Below, piece after piece: positions 27,574-41,952 of a DNA stretch of 64,000 nt. The stretch is taken from NCBI RefSeq assembly GCF_006345805.1, contig NC_043002.1, positions 51,956,001 to 52,020,000 on the forward strand. Reading direction: 5' to 3'. Origin of the DNA: Octopus sinensis. Lineage: Eukaryota. Within the stretch, counting starts at the first letter, position 1. Each line of letters starts with the position of its first letter. The notes below the pieces were generated by a model. It saw only the letters and a program-made list of their open reading frames with translations. It had not been told where the DNA came from and ran no database searches. The position numbers were made by a program, and so were the translations under genes.

Positions 27574-28364
27574 CTTTCACGTATAAATGCAGATATTTGC
27601 TAAAATCTTTAACTTTCAACCATACGTTTTAAATAATCATATTAGATTTTATCATCCAGCAAGTGATGGATGAAATTCGTACACCTTAAAAGCTTATACT
27701 ATAAATAAAATGTGGGCGAAAGATTAATATATAAATTCATATGCATCAAATGTAATAGCCCCAGAGATTGGAGCACCTAGATTTGATGCTTATATATATG
27801 GACTGACTTTTTGTTTCTCTAAGAATGGTCAAGTGATGTAGACACCTCTGATGAAACCCAATAAGAGTCAAAAATCGATAAAGGTTATTCATAATTTTTT
27901 TTAGTTTGCGGTGAAATAGGTAAAAACTGAATATGCTTATATGCCTACTGCAGTTGTTTACTCTCACACACACACACACACACACACTAATATGACCACT
28001 TGCTCATCAAGATATTTGTAAGTCTGATTTTTTAAAAAAATTTTATAAATTTCCTCTTTAAAGATAATCAAACCAAATGGTCATCATTTTGAGCCACTCA
28101 CCCATTGAGTATTTCTGCCAAATACGGTGAAAATCCGTTCAGCTGTCGTTGGGAAGCAAGCTTCTTACCACACAGCCATGCCCGCAAAGCTAAGTATGTC
28201 ACTGCTCTAGTTTCACAGTTCCACTTCTTAATGTGACTGTTAAAGTAAAATCATGAGACCTGAGTAGCGACTCAGTTTTGAATAAATATTATTCTTACTC
28301 AACTTCACTGCACTGAGTGCGTTGCTTACAACTCTCTCGGTCAAATGATGATTGTCTGGTTTCG

Positions 28365-28685
28365 CAACCACATGGTTTCAGATTCAGCCACACTACACAG
28401 CACCTTGGGCAAGTATCTACTTCTTAAGACACTTGCTAATCAATACTGTGCCGATCAAAGCGTTGTGAGAGAATCTGGTGGACTGAAACTGAAAGAAGCC
28501 CGTTATATATAAGTGGACAAACGAAAGAAGAGCATGCTACAAATCTATTGGGAGTTCCATGTACGGATCAAAACACTTTCAAGCGTAACGCTAGTCTTCA
28601 GCCTACGCATGAAACTCGGTGTACCAACGAATTTGAATCAAACTGTTTTGATCCAGCCATCTATCCATCATCCATTATACATACA

Positions 28686-28741
<56 letters not shown>

Positions 28742-28888
28742 GGGGGCGGTCTTTGTGTCTGTGATTGTCACCCCAATACTACATGACAACCGGTGTTGGT
28801 GTGTTTATGTCCTCGTAAATTAGCGGTTCGGCAAAAAAGCCGATACAATCTAGGCTTTACAAAAAAGTCCTGGGATCGATTTTTTCAG

Positions 28889-28890
<2 letters not shown>
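28365..28890 (+). mobile_element. SINE family A with about 170 bp of foreign sequence in its internal (TA)n
   Basis: 5' half ends GAAAGAAGCCCGT, then insert 28510-28680, (TA)n, then 3' half. Confidence 0.7.
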
Positions 28891-28972
<82 letters not shown>

Positions 28973-29042
28973 ACATATATATACATATATATACATTATA
29001 CATACATACATACATACATACATACATACATACATACATACA

Positions 29043-29109
<67 letters not shown>

Positions 29110-29711
29110 CATGTTTTGCAAGTGACAGGTTATCTGAGATCTTGAATTGAAACTGAAGTAATATCATCTTACAAAGCCATTGAATCCACTTAAGGACAGA
29201 CAGAATCTGTTACATTCACGTTTCGTTTACTTCTTCATTGCACTGTCTACTATAAAGCTTCAACCAGTTTCATCGCACTTCTGCAGGCTGATCTCACTGG
29301 CACAAGTGAAATGCGTCTGTTGAACGATAGATACATGCCTGTTTTTCTAAAGCTCGTAAATTCTATCCCCCTCTCCCTCTCCCTCTTTCTCTCTCTCTCT
29401 TTCTCTCTCTCTCTCTTTCTAGTTTATGTCTTTTCTTTGTAGCATTTCTCTTTAAATATGGCAGCAGTTAATATCTTTGGCAAATCACTAAGATCTATAA
29501 AGTAATTCCTTTATGTTTTGCTGGTGAATTGTCCTCTTGTATATAAATGACCTTCCTCTTTTCTGAAATTTGAACTTGTAGATCTATTGTTGTTTTCAAA
29601 TTTACTTCCTTTTCGTTTTCCTTCTCTTCTTCTCTTCCCCCCTCCTTTCAATTTGTTATCCGTTATATTTGTTTCGTTTTTTTTTTCATTATTATTATAT
29701 TATTATTAGTT

Positions 29712-29768
<57 letters not shown>

Positions 29769-30049
29769 TTCTTGTCATGACTGTCGGATGATTTGTTGGT
29801 GATGTCGTTCATTACATATTTTATAAATTGTCTCAACATTTATCTAAAATCACCAAACGGTTAGTTTTATCAACGCAGTAATATGACTTATGTTATTGGC
29901 AGATATTGTAAACGTGTTTCTGAGACAATTATATATAGATATATGTAATACATACATACATAAAACCCATACATATATACATATATATATACATATACAT
30001 ACATACACTATATAAACACACACACGTATATATATATACATATTATGTG

Positions 30050-30086
<37 letters not shown>

Positions 30087-30795
30087 ATATATATATATAT
30101 AAAACATATACACATATGCATTTATAAATATACATACATACTTATACATATATACTTGCATTCATTATATTGTATGTATGTATGTATGTATGTATGTATG
30201 TATGTATGTATTAAACCACTTGAGGGACTTTAGCAATATGTATCTGGAACCTTTAACATAATCAATTAATAACTATATCCACTATGGAACAGAACAATTT
30301 GTACTGTTGACTGTCTTTTTTGTGTATTTGTATATATTTTTTCTTACTTTTTGCGTTTTTTTTTTTTCTGAGTGTATGTTTGTTTCAGTTTTGTTGTTGC
30401 TGTTGTTGTTGTTGTTGTTGTTGCTGTTGTTGTTTTTTTATTTGTGGAGGGTTAGTGGTGGCGGAGGTGTTCGCTTTTCTTCAAAAAGTATGTTAGAATT
30501 TGATATGTCTTTTTATCGGTGGACAGAAGACGCTTGTTTTGTAACCATGGTTACCGGGTTTCCTGTGACACAACCATTCATTCATTCATTCATCCCAATG
30601 CTCAAACGATTATGTATATTTCTGTTGTTATCTGTTTAGATTACGTATGAGATATGTGAATATGTCGTAGACGTTTTGACTGCTCGCCTTAATACATTAA
30701 TCTTTTAGAGTAATTGATAGGCCTGCTTCTTTCCTTGCCCTCCCTCTTTCCTTTCCTATTATTTCCCAGTTTCTTTAATTCTCTTGAGATCTTTC

Positions 30796-30844
<49 letters not shown>

Positions 30845-31017
30845 GTCTCTTATTTTCACTCTCGGAGTCACGCTCTCTCTTTTTCTCCTCTGAGACTTTC
30901 ATTGCCACCTTTTCTTACTCTCTCTCTCTCTCCTGCGTCATGTCTTTTGCTACTACCCTCTCCCTTTCTATCTCAGTATATTTATCTCCGTCTTTCCCTC
31001 TCTCTCCTTCTTTCTTC

Positions 31018-31058
<41 letters not shown>

Positions 31059-31169
31059 TATTTATCTATCTCTTTTCCTGGTTGGGTTTCAAATGTGTAT
31101 GTGAAAATAAATATGTGGTGTATTTCAGAGAATATCTGTGAATGCGTCTATAAATGTGCGTGTACGAAA

Positions 31170-31204
<35 letters not shown>

Positions 31205-31908
31205 TGTGCGTGTGCGTGCATGAGCGCATGTGTGTGTGTGTGAATGTGTTTGTAAGTGCTTGTGTGTGGACATGTGTGAGGGGCGGAGATAGTGTGAATG
31301 GAGAATAATTGTGGTGATGAGTGATGGCTTGAATTGAATGATTGGTTGGGTGCGGTACTGGTATTGATAGCGAGAAACTGATGAGGGTTTGTTATTATCA
31401 GTAAATTAAAATGATGCTGATTACGGGCGATGGGTCACGTTGATGGTGGAAAATAGAAAACGGAGTGAGTTCATTTTTCAGTTTAGTCTAAAAGAGGGTG
31501 AGTTGCGTGTAGGTGATCTTTGCAGGTCCTTCGAGATTAAATGACATCAGTATGGTTCATAGGCAAAAGTATGGTTCCTATGCTAAAGTCTAAGGAGAAG
31601 AATTAGGCAGTGGGAGAATTCCAGAAGGTTAGGGCTTCGGAGAAGAAGGATCAATAAAATGATTAGTATGAGGGCTGAAGAGGGGAGATAAAGTAGGGGA
31701 GACGAAAGAACAAGAGATTGGGGGTTCTAGGGGGGGGGGGTCTTGTTGGAAATGGTATGCTAATAGTTAACTAGCATACCATAGGTGTGTTGTTAGAGAG
31801 GTGGAAAATACAGAGAAAGAAGTACAGTAAAACTCTGGGACCAGTGGTTGTAGTGTGTTGGAGAAAGAATATCTGCCAGTCGTGTGTGTGAATGAGTGTG
31901 AATGTTGT

Positions 31909-31945
<37 letters not shown>

Positions 31946-32093
31946 CCAGACAGAACAGACAGAGACAGAGGCGGGGAATAAATTAATTCATCTTTGTTGA
32001 GAGAAAGTGAACAACTGATCTAAGTTAATGTATTTTCTAATCCTGAAGATTTGTGGGCGAGTGTGTATATTTTGAGGCTGAGGGCAAAAGCAA

Positions 32094-33008
32094 ATAATAT
32101 GGAAGAGTTCTCCACGGGAGTGCTTCTTCAGGAGTCATCATAGTTGTTGAATAGAACAAGGGATATAAAACTATTATCAATAACGACGGCAATGCCACTA
32201 AGAAGAAAATATAAAAATGAATACGGCAAGTAGTAGTAACCTGGTAAAAGAATGTTTACATAAAATCATTGTATACAAATGTAGTGTTAGAACGCGTGAA
32301 CATGTATATACATATGTAGGTACAACGAACGACAGTTTCAAGAACCGATGGAGAAGCCACATCGCATCTTTCAGGAAAAATTGTAAAAGACAATGCACAA
32401 TCATCGCAGACCTTATATAGGATCTCAAACAGAAAAAGAGACAGTACAGCACAACTTGGTATGTATATATGATGATGGCGCTCCGTCGGTTACGACGACA
32501 AGGGTTCCTGTTGATCCGATCAACGGAACAGCCTGCTCGTAAAATTAACGTGCAATTGGCTGAGCACTCCACAGACACATATACCCTTAACGTGGTTCAC
32601 GGGAAGTTTCAGCGTGACACAGAGTTTGACAAGGCTAGCCCTTTGAAATACAGGTACAACAGGAACATGAAGAAAGAGTGAGAGAAAGTCGTGGTGAAAG
32701 AGTACAGCAGCGTTCACCACCACTCCCTGCCGGAGCCTCATGGAACTTTAGATGTTTTCGCTCAATAAACACTCACAACGCCCAGTCTGGGAATCGAAAC
32801 CGCGATCCTACGACCGTGAGTCCGCTGCCCTAACCACTGGGCCATTGCGCCTCCACAGTATGCATATATAATGCATACTCAAAACATCTAACCTATGCCT
32901 GGAAACACTAGGCATAATATTTTCAATGATAACATCATGTCCAAGCACTTTGAAATTGTTCTAATATGGAAGAGTTCTCCATGACAGTACTACTTAAGGA
33001 GCCATCAT
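32094..33008 (+). mobile_element. Penelope-like element fragment (GIY-YIG endonuclease) interrupted by a SINE
   Basis: CLHKIIVYKC...YTYVGTTNDSFKNRWRSHIASFR before the SINE and SNLCLETLGII after it. A roughly 47-bp direct repeat at 32094-32140 and 32962-33008 resembles a pseudo-LTR. Confidence 0.75.
32477..32856 (-). mobile_element. tRNA-derived SINE, head X with tail 2
   Basis: Head GGAGGCGCAATGGCCCAGTGGTTAGGGCAGCGGAC as at 10001; tail as at 27261. Confidence 0.8.
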
Positions 33009-33449
33009 GACTGGTAAACAACATGCACGCACGCGCAAACACACACACACACACATATATACACACATATATACATGCGTACATACGTACATACATACCT
33101 ACGTACGTACGTAAGTACGTACATGCATATATTCGATAGGCTTCCACTCAGTTTCTGTTCAAATTAACTCGTAAGGTATTGGTCGGCCTAGAAATATAGT
33201 AGAAAACACTCAAGGTACCTTGCAGTGGGACTGAACCCGAATCAATGTGGTCACAAAGCGAGCTTCTTAACTAGAGCATTGCCTGCGCCTGTTGAAGAAT
33301 ATCATATCTCTTGTTTAACTGCCACGCACATACCGATCAAAAATACTACTAATCATTCCAGTTGTGACCGTCACTTCCGTTTGGTAGAAATGGTATATTC
33401 TTAACTATATTATCCAATCTGTCCTTTAAGACATTAGAATATGGTTTAC

Positions 33450-33950
33450 TCTTTTACTTGTTTCAGTCATTTGACTGTGGCCGTGCTGGAGCACCGCCTT
33501 TAGTCGAGCACATCGACCTCAGGACTTATTATTTGTAAGCCTAGTACTTGTTCTATCGGTCTCGTTTGCCAACCGCTAAGTTACGGGGACGTAAACACAC
33601 CAGCATCGGTTGTCAAGCGATGTTGGTGGGAGAAACACGGGCACCCAAACATATACACATACATACATATATAAATACATATACATATATACGACGAGCT
33701 TATACACATACATATATACGATATATATAGTGAAGGTCAAGGAAACACACACACACATACATCGACGGTCTTTTCTTTAATTTTGTTTCAGTCATTTGAC
33801 TGCGGCCATGCTGGAGCACCACCTTTAGTCGAGCAAATCGACCCCAGGACTTATTCTATCTTTTTGGCGAACCACTAAGTTACGGCGACGTAAACACACC
33901 AACATCGATTTTGTCAAGCGATGTTGGTGGGGGACAAACACAAACATACA

Positions 33951-34028
<78 letters not shown>

Positions 34029-34720
34029 TCAATATAGGGTGGCAAAAAAATTTTGTAGAATTTTTTGCCACCAGCGGCCTAGTGGGAAAAAATTAAATAG
34101 TCATAGACCATTTTTAAGTTCAACATCAACAATCAAGGAACGGCCATAATAGGCCATTCACCCACTAGAAATAACAGCCAAAGCTTCAACCGCAAATAAA
34201 AATTAATTCCGTAAACCAGGAGAAAATTTAAAAAACATTTACCCTGTAATTACAGGGTAAATGTTTTTTAAATTTTCTCCTGGTTTACGGAATTAATTTT
34301 TATTTGCGGTTGAAGCTTTGGCTGTTATTTCTAGTGGGTGAATGGCCTATTATGGCCGTTCCTTGATTGTTGATATATATATATATATTATATATATATA
34401 TTTACCCTGTAATTACAGGGTAAATGTTTTTTAAATTTTCTCCTGGTTTACGGAATTAATTTTTATTTGCGGTTGAAGCTTTGGCTGTTATTTCTAGTGG
34501 GTGAATGGCCTATTATGGCCGTTCCTTGATTGTTGATATATATATATATATATATATACGACGGGCTTCTTTCAGTTTCCGTCTACCAAACCCATTCACA
34601 AGGCTTTGGGTGGCCCGTGGCTATAGTAGAAGACACTTGCCCAAGGTGCCACTCAGTGGGACTGAACCCAGAACCATGTAGTTCGTAAACGAGTTACTTA
34701 CCACACAGCACTCCTACACC
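33450..34720 (-). mobile_element. SINE family A segments; one copy is split by a palindrome-containing insert in its (TA)n
   Basis: 3' halves at about 33450-33630 and 33780-33935; 5' half at 34557-34720. Confidence 0.8.
34125..34537. repeat. Perfect 250-bp palindrome (34125-34374) plus exact 138-bp tandem copy (34400-34537)
   Basis: Centre ACCCTGTAA|TTACAGGGT with no spacer; 125-bp arms with no mismatch seen; 34400-34537 equals 34237-34374. Confidence 0.93.
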
Positions 34721-35534
34721 TATATTTGAGGGAAATTTGTTGATATTTCTAACGGATCGAGCGAAAATGTTAAGTCTCCCTTGTTGGCTCATTCAAATTT
34801 TTGTGATTGGGAACTGTTGTGATCATCACAATAACAAAGATAGCTGTTTCGCTAATATTGCGTCTCCAGCTCGACGAACACAACGTCTTGGTAGATACAA
34901 TATCAAAAGCAAAAGCAGTATTTCAGACATTGGAGGATGATATTGTAGTGGTAGAAGATGGAAACGGCAAGCGTAAGATCGGTGTCAAATAGCTAATACT
35001 ACGGACATTTTAGAGACAAAAATAGATTCTTTGAAAGACTTACTCCATTCTAATAACGAGTGTTTCCAATCTGAAGATTCTTATCTCAAAGACCATGGAT
35101 AATTCCTAGTCATCTTTCTCTTGATGCTATTATCAAATTATCATTCCCTTTCAGGATACTTCAATTATGTAAAAGTATGTGGAAAACTTATTGACGCTAA
35201 TGTGGTTCGGAAACCGCGAATTTCTCGTGGGTATTGTTCCTTTACTTTATTTAGATAAGATTGTATCAGATGTATTTCTGTATTTGGCAGCGACTACGTA
35301 TAGACGAGTATGCTGATGTAATCATGTCTGAATAGGAAATTAATACAAAGCAATTAACTTCTATAAATTGAGCCGATGTAAGACACATAATTCTTTGTTT
35401 TAAAATATTGTTTTATCGTTTAAAGTTAATACTAAAATTAACAGATGGGCTGATGGATTTTTATTTATTTTTGTCTATGTATATGATTATTTTCGACGAG
35501 TATAGAACAAAATAGTCTACAAAATCTTCGTACA

Positions 35535-35970
35535 GACATGGTTGTGTGGTTAAGAAATTCACTTTGTAATCAACACGTTTCAGTTTCAATCCTGCTGCGT
35601 GGCACTTTCGGGAAGTATTTTGTAGTATAGCCTCGAATCGACCAATGCTTTGTGAGTGAATTTTAAAGACGGAAACTATGTTAAAGCCCGTCGTATTTGT
35701 GTGTAGGAGGGTCTTTGTGTCTATATTATTACACACATACACACACACACACACACACGCACGCATACACACATACACACACATACAGTTTGATAAACAG
35801 GTTAGTTTTGCTTATGTCCCTGGAACTCAGCGGTTCGGCAAAAGAGACCGATAGAATAAGAACCAGACACAAAAAAAAGATACTGAGTTCCAGTTGCCAG
35901 ACTAAAAGCCTTCAAGGCGATACCCCAGCATGGCCAGAGTCCAATGACTGAAAAACATAAAAGATAAAAA
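35535..35970 (+). mobile_element. SINE family A, diverged
   Basis: Head, (CA)n interior and CCAGCATGGCC tail. Confidence 0.75.
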
Positions 35971-37399
35971 ACATAAAAAAATCTCTATGCCACCAGTCAA
36001 CAATACATCTCTTTCTCAGCAACACCGACTCCATAGCGACTTTTTTTCTCTTTTTCTATTGAACTGAGAGGTTTTTGTCTAGTTAGTGCCACTGTCCAAA
36101 CAGAATGTTTTTATTCAAAAGGGCTTTGTCTGTATCCCACTTAGCGGCTCGGCAAAACAAAACCGATAGGATAAGTACCAGCCTTAAAAAAAAAGTACTG
36201 GGCTCGATTTATTCGACTGAACCCCTCAAAACGGTGTCACAGTAGGGCCGCAGTCTAATGGCTGGAACAAGTAAAAGATAAAAAGATAAAGGCTATCTCT
36301 GTTTTTTTTATGTGTTCCAGTTTCCTCGAAATATTTTTTCTATCAGCATATAAATCATTTATATTTTTCATTATCTAATATATTTATTCAAGAATATTTC
36401 GGTGGATAGGATTGAAGATGACTAGATAAGCTAAAATGTGTCTTCAAAAGCTCTCATTTTTCTATATTCTCAATTTGGTAATGTGTTTCTTTGCTTTTAT
36501 GTCCATTTTTGCGTCTCATGCAGCCTTCAGTTAATTGCACAAACCCGTTCTTCCATATACTCCCTGCATATCGGCACCCCTGCATCTTTTTGCTGTCAAC
36601 TACTGATGCATGGTAGTATCAAGTCAAAGGTCATAAATACTATTTCCCGCTCTTATGCCTACGTTTTAACTAAATAAGATGTCTTTAGTAAAAAGACAAC
36701 TAAAAAAACGTCTCCAAGAAAGCAGACGGTAAAAGGAAATATAAAAGAAAAGAAAAAGAAAACAATTGTGTTGCCAAAATGTCGGAATATAAGATTTATT
36801 ATTTAAGATGTAAAGTAAAAGCAGACGACATTTCTCAAGTGTCTTTAAGATTGAGTGGTATCTTTCGTTTTATGACAACGGGTGGCGTGAGAAGTGAGAA
36901 CATAGATCATCCGGGTATTTCTGGAAGTCACATCATTTCAATGAATTCATGGCATGGTCAAAAATTATAACTAAAGCAATTAACAACGAGGCTGAGTAAA
37001 AGAGTGTTAACATACCAGACTGATGACTCATAGACTTTGAGTTCATTTCCCTATATTAGTGGGATGAATTACGGATCCACGTTTCATTTTTAAACTATAT
37101 TTTCATTGCTGTTATTCTACTGTCAGCATATTGTCAAGTTTTCCACTGGATCAGACTAATACGATCAATCTGAATTTAATTCTTACTCCTCCACTTAAAC
37201 ATCTGAGTACTTCAGTCCAACATTCACATTGCTCATTACATCTTACTAACATATTAATCAAAAATATTTTTCTATAAACACATATATCAAAACCCTTTAG
37301 CATTCAACCATCCGTTGTCCAGACTATACTCTATAATCTAAATTCTTTGCAAAAAGTGATATCCGCTATCCCTAATATTCTGCAGTTATTTTTTCAGGA

Positions 37400-38045
37400 T
37401 ATCCTCAACAGGGCTGCCTACTCAATGATCTCATGTCGCTTGATCTTGATGCAATAGCCATCAGCAAGATTAAGATTTCCGTCAAGTGGTCCCTTGCACT
37501 TCAAACTAACAACGAAGAGTTGATATCTTTTTGTTGACCTGGATCGTATGAGGAGTTAATGTTGTTTAGGAAAGGACTAGGACTTGAGTTAAGACGAGCT
37601 TTTAGGGACTTGGGGTCTGGTTGGAGTCAAATATTCAGGTGGATAGGAACAGGGGCCAGATTATGATTAGGCTGACCAGTCTTACCAAAATATTGACTGA
37701 ACGAAATTTACTGAATGATCGAGAAGAAATGGTCAATTGTAACATAATCACTTTAATACGTAATCGCCTGACCAACACACCTCAATTCAGATTTCATCTG
37801 GCCAGCCTTCGATGTCTACCCTTTCGCTTCTTTTGGAAGCGTCGGGTTCTTCTGACCAAAAGGTTCACCTGCCACCAACACCTTCACGGAAGGCTCTGTT
37901 TTCCATGGTTGATGATGCACAGACATACACTGAAGTTAGAGTATTTAGAAAGATTTCCAAACGGTGATCCGTTTGTGAAACACACTCTATCACCATTTGT
38001 GTCTTTGACAGAGCTGCAGTTCTAGATCAAGTGAAGACCAATATT
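37400..38045 (+). mobile_element. Old decayed Tx1-clade LINE relic
   Basis: FRFFWKRRV...CHQH..GRLCFPWLMMHRHTLKL...PFVKH...VSLTELQF aligns with the 44929-46041 ORF. The upstream LLNDLMSLDLDAIAI may be an endonuclease N-terminus (weaker). Confidence 0.7.
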
Positions 38046-39559
38046 AAATATCTGACAAATGGAATGTTCTCAAGCGCTCACACTCCTCTATTATTCAAGT
38101 AGCACGTTGGTAAAAGATATTCTCGACTACCATTCTATGGAGACTGTGTAGCGTATATGGGCGACAATATACTCTGTGACACGCTGGGGTCATCATAGAA
38201 CACCTAAGCAAACTATTCTGGAGGATTTTTGTGTCTGAGAATATGGGTATCTTTTTGTTTCATAAACAAATAACTACCTAACAGACGGGAAAAAAAGCGA
38301 GCATATTTTTTTTCACGCAAAGGAATTTTGGAACCAAAATATAAATTATATGGAGGTGTGATCGTCAACAGAAAGATAGTGATTTTAAATCTTGAAAGAA
38401 TATCATCAACTCCGATGCAGACACGTAGGGAAGGATAGAAAGTTATATAAAGACGAAGGAACTGTAGAAAAGATTATTATACTTCAAATAGGGACAACTT
38501 AAAAATTTACTGAACATAAATCATTGTAATTTTGAATCTTGTAAGAATCTCATCTCCGATAAAACTGAGTTCTTTCAATCATGTATATTTACACTATATA
38601 ACCAAGCTTCTGTGATCTATTTTTGCTTAAAGACTTGTGAGATTTTTGTCTGTAAACCTATTTTGCTTATTTTAAAATATCATTCATGTTATTGGACCCA
38701 GCGGTATCGTTTTGTGTCTGTTCTGGATTGTGATAGGATTGGCTCGAAATCAAACAAAATAAGCGAACTCGGCATTAGCAGCTAACGAAATGTTCGTTTT
38801 TCTTACATTCATGAAGATGAAACTTTTCCAGCATGTTGAACTTACTTTTGACTAGGTGAATTGGTGGTGGTTAATACTTAAATAAGGACACAGCGCAGTT
38901 TTAGAGACAAGATACGAACCACCAAGTCCTCTTGGAAATATATACCATATTATATTTAGGTGAGTAATATCATTTATTAGGCGTATAGATGACGAGTTGG
39001 TAGAGTCGTTAGCGTGTCGGATAGAACGCTTTGTGATACACTTTCCGACATTCTGAGATCAAAATTACCTTTCCTTCTTTGAAGAATCGATAAATTAAAT
39101 ACCAATCCAGTACTGGAATCTATACGTCTTCTCTGGAAGAAATTGGCGTATTCAGACCTGGAGAGGGAAAGAGCTCCTCCGTGTTTAACATATCCGAGAC
39201 ACGCTGTATGTCATGACAACCCTGCGATTCCATCATTAATAAAGGACCCCAAGATATTAGGTATATGTAAGCATATTCATTTCAATATAAATGGTAAAAT
39301 GAATATATTTATGTCACCCTGCACTTTACTGAATTAACATGTTAATTCACCGTTGTGTGGTCTTTTCTATTATTTTAGACGATCATCCGTTTTCAAAACT
39401 AGATTACATGAGAATAAGTTGCACTGGAGTCTCTTTCTTCTTTTATTGGCCTAAGACTGATAAATAACTAAGAATTATGCCCAGAATATCTATTACGTAC
39501 CCCTGACGTGTTTCTGATAACAAATGAACTAAAGAATTTACCCACACACACATACACGT

Positions 39560-39560
39560 A

Positions 39561-39643
<83 letters not shown>

Positions 39644-39645
39644 AT
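39560..39645. repeat. (TATC)n microsatellite
   Basis: Directly visible. Confidence 0.95.
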
Positions 39646-40269
39646 ACACACATACACACACTCACTCACTAATCTGTGGCAATATATATGTGTGTGTATG
39701 TATGTATGTTAGTACTATTTGCAGCACATGTTGATCATGCAACTGTTCTTTATTTCAATGTTATTATTGTAAGCTATCCTTCTCCGGGTTTCAAGCGTTA
39801 TTTTGAAAATATTTTAAAACGTCTTTGCATTTTGTTGAGAGATGTCGTACATAACAATTTCCCTTCAACGGTTTCTCAAATTTTACTAAGTAAAAGCTGT
39901 ATCACAATACGTCATCGGTCCCACAATAAAACACGGAGCTACAAAACAATATAGTGATAAAAGAAAAACTAGGAATCAAAGGGGGAGATATCATAGATAA
40001 GTCATGAAAGCTAAGTCATGAAAACTGCATTACCATAGTTATGCTGTAGACGTACTTGTACATTTCCCGAGTGACTGGTGTGTAATTTATGCACACGCTC
40101 GTGCACCGGAGAAGTACTCAATGCAAGCGTAGAGCTCACAGTTTATACATATATAGAGAGAAACACTGGCCTGTTACGTATACATATAGAATAGCAGCGG
40201 TCTGTTATGCATGTATCTAGAAAAAATAGTGGCTTGCTTTTCAGTATGTGTGTGTGTTCTCATTAATTT

Positions 40270-41915
40270 AGAATGAATTTTGACCGGTAGCAAGGTTGTG
40301 TTCATCAGCCTCTAAATCTTATAAAAGATCTTACAGATTTTTATAGTCTCAGCTATCGTGATCAGTTTTAGTTTATGAATTGAAGATTTGCGTACTCTCC
40401 CAAAGAACACAAGTTCAGTCATACTTTGCTCCAGATGAGTTGGTATGTATCCTCTTGTTCCAATGATAATAGGTATGAAGCTGAATGTATATCTTGGATA
40501 CTGGATTTGCAAGCTCCATATCAATGGTCCATAGATGTCCTCTTTCTCCTTTATTTTTCTAACTACATTGGTGTCCAGAGGGCAGCTGATTTCCTCTATG
40601 TATGTATGTATGTATGTATGTATGTATGTATGTATGTATGTATGTATGTATGCATGCATGCATGCATGTATGTATGTATGCATGCATGTATGTATGCATG
40701 TATGTATGCATGTATGTATGTATGCATGCATGTATGCATGTATGCATGCATGTATGTGTGTGGGTATGTATGTATTATGTATGTATGTATGTATGTATGT
40801 ATGTATGTATGTGCATACGTGTGTGCGTGTGTGTTTAGTGTTATTAGAAGCACAGCCTGCCGCATTGTCGGGCCGTTGACGACTAATCCGGCACCCCTAC
40901 CAAGCCTGCTTTTTCTTTGATTTCCAAAGAGGTATCTATATCTGTAGGGCAGCTGACCTCTATGATGGTACATGCTTTTGCCCCTCTGTCCCAAGCAACA
41001 ATATCGGCCTGCTATGTTTACATTTTTTAACAGAAGATTCGATGGGAATATTCCACCAGTATTCCTTGAGTTGGAATTTATGAATGTATTCCATAACAGA
41101 GGGATTTTCTAAGTTTATTTCAGGATAGACTTTTTGGCGGATGGCATTATAAATTGTTTTAGCAACAACATTGTGCCACATAAAGAGGTAGTACCGTGAC
41201 GACATTTTAGGGCAGCTGCTAATCACATGCGTGATGTCTTCCGCAGAAACATGACATAGCCTACACATGCGGTTGCACCTTGGGATTACAAGAACATGAC
41301 TATCTTTCTTGTTCACCAGGTACTTTGTATCTCTTGTTCTTGGATTGCAAACGCTTAGCCCTCAAAGTGTGATGTGATGCAGTGGTCTTGTGTCCAAGAG
41401 AGGCTACGCTTCATGTCAATTCTACTGTCTTCTTCAAGATTCCGGGCAACATACCCATGCATAGTCTTTTTTTTTTTGTATGCTGAGTGCTCTCCATCCA
41501 GGTCTGCTCTGAGGTAAGAGAATCCAGCTGTTTTGGGGCTGTATAGATCATCAGGAAGAGACTACTTCTTGAGGTGCTCACTGCCAGCTCGTACAATGTT
41601 GCTCAATTCACTTTCCAGCACTGCATTTATATATTTATTTATGCTGCTGTTGTTTAGCAAGTGCTGCCTGAGTGATACCATACTGCATTCGAAGGCCTTC
41701 CGCATTGATCTCAGACGTCTACCACCTTCATTGCTTCTTAGGTAGAGCCTATCAACATTATCATAGTAATGCTGTTTCTGTGGAGGTTGTAAGTTGTTGT
41801 CACGATTTTGTTGGTTTTGATATCTATGGAGTGGATTTCCTCTACAGATCAATCAAGTATCCCAAATGTTGGGATCAACTCTATTCCTTGTGTGTGTGTA
41901 TGTGTGTGTGTGTGT

Positions 41916-41952
<37 letters not shown>

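Noticed and set aside
30541-30554. GTAACCATGGTTAC palindrome as an RFX X-box
   Set aside because: Half-sites differ from the GTTRCCATGGYAAC consensus, and there is no linked promoter evidence
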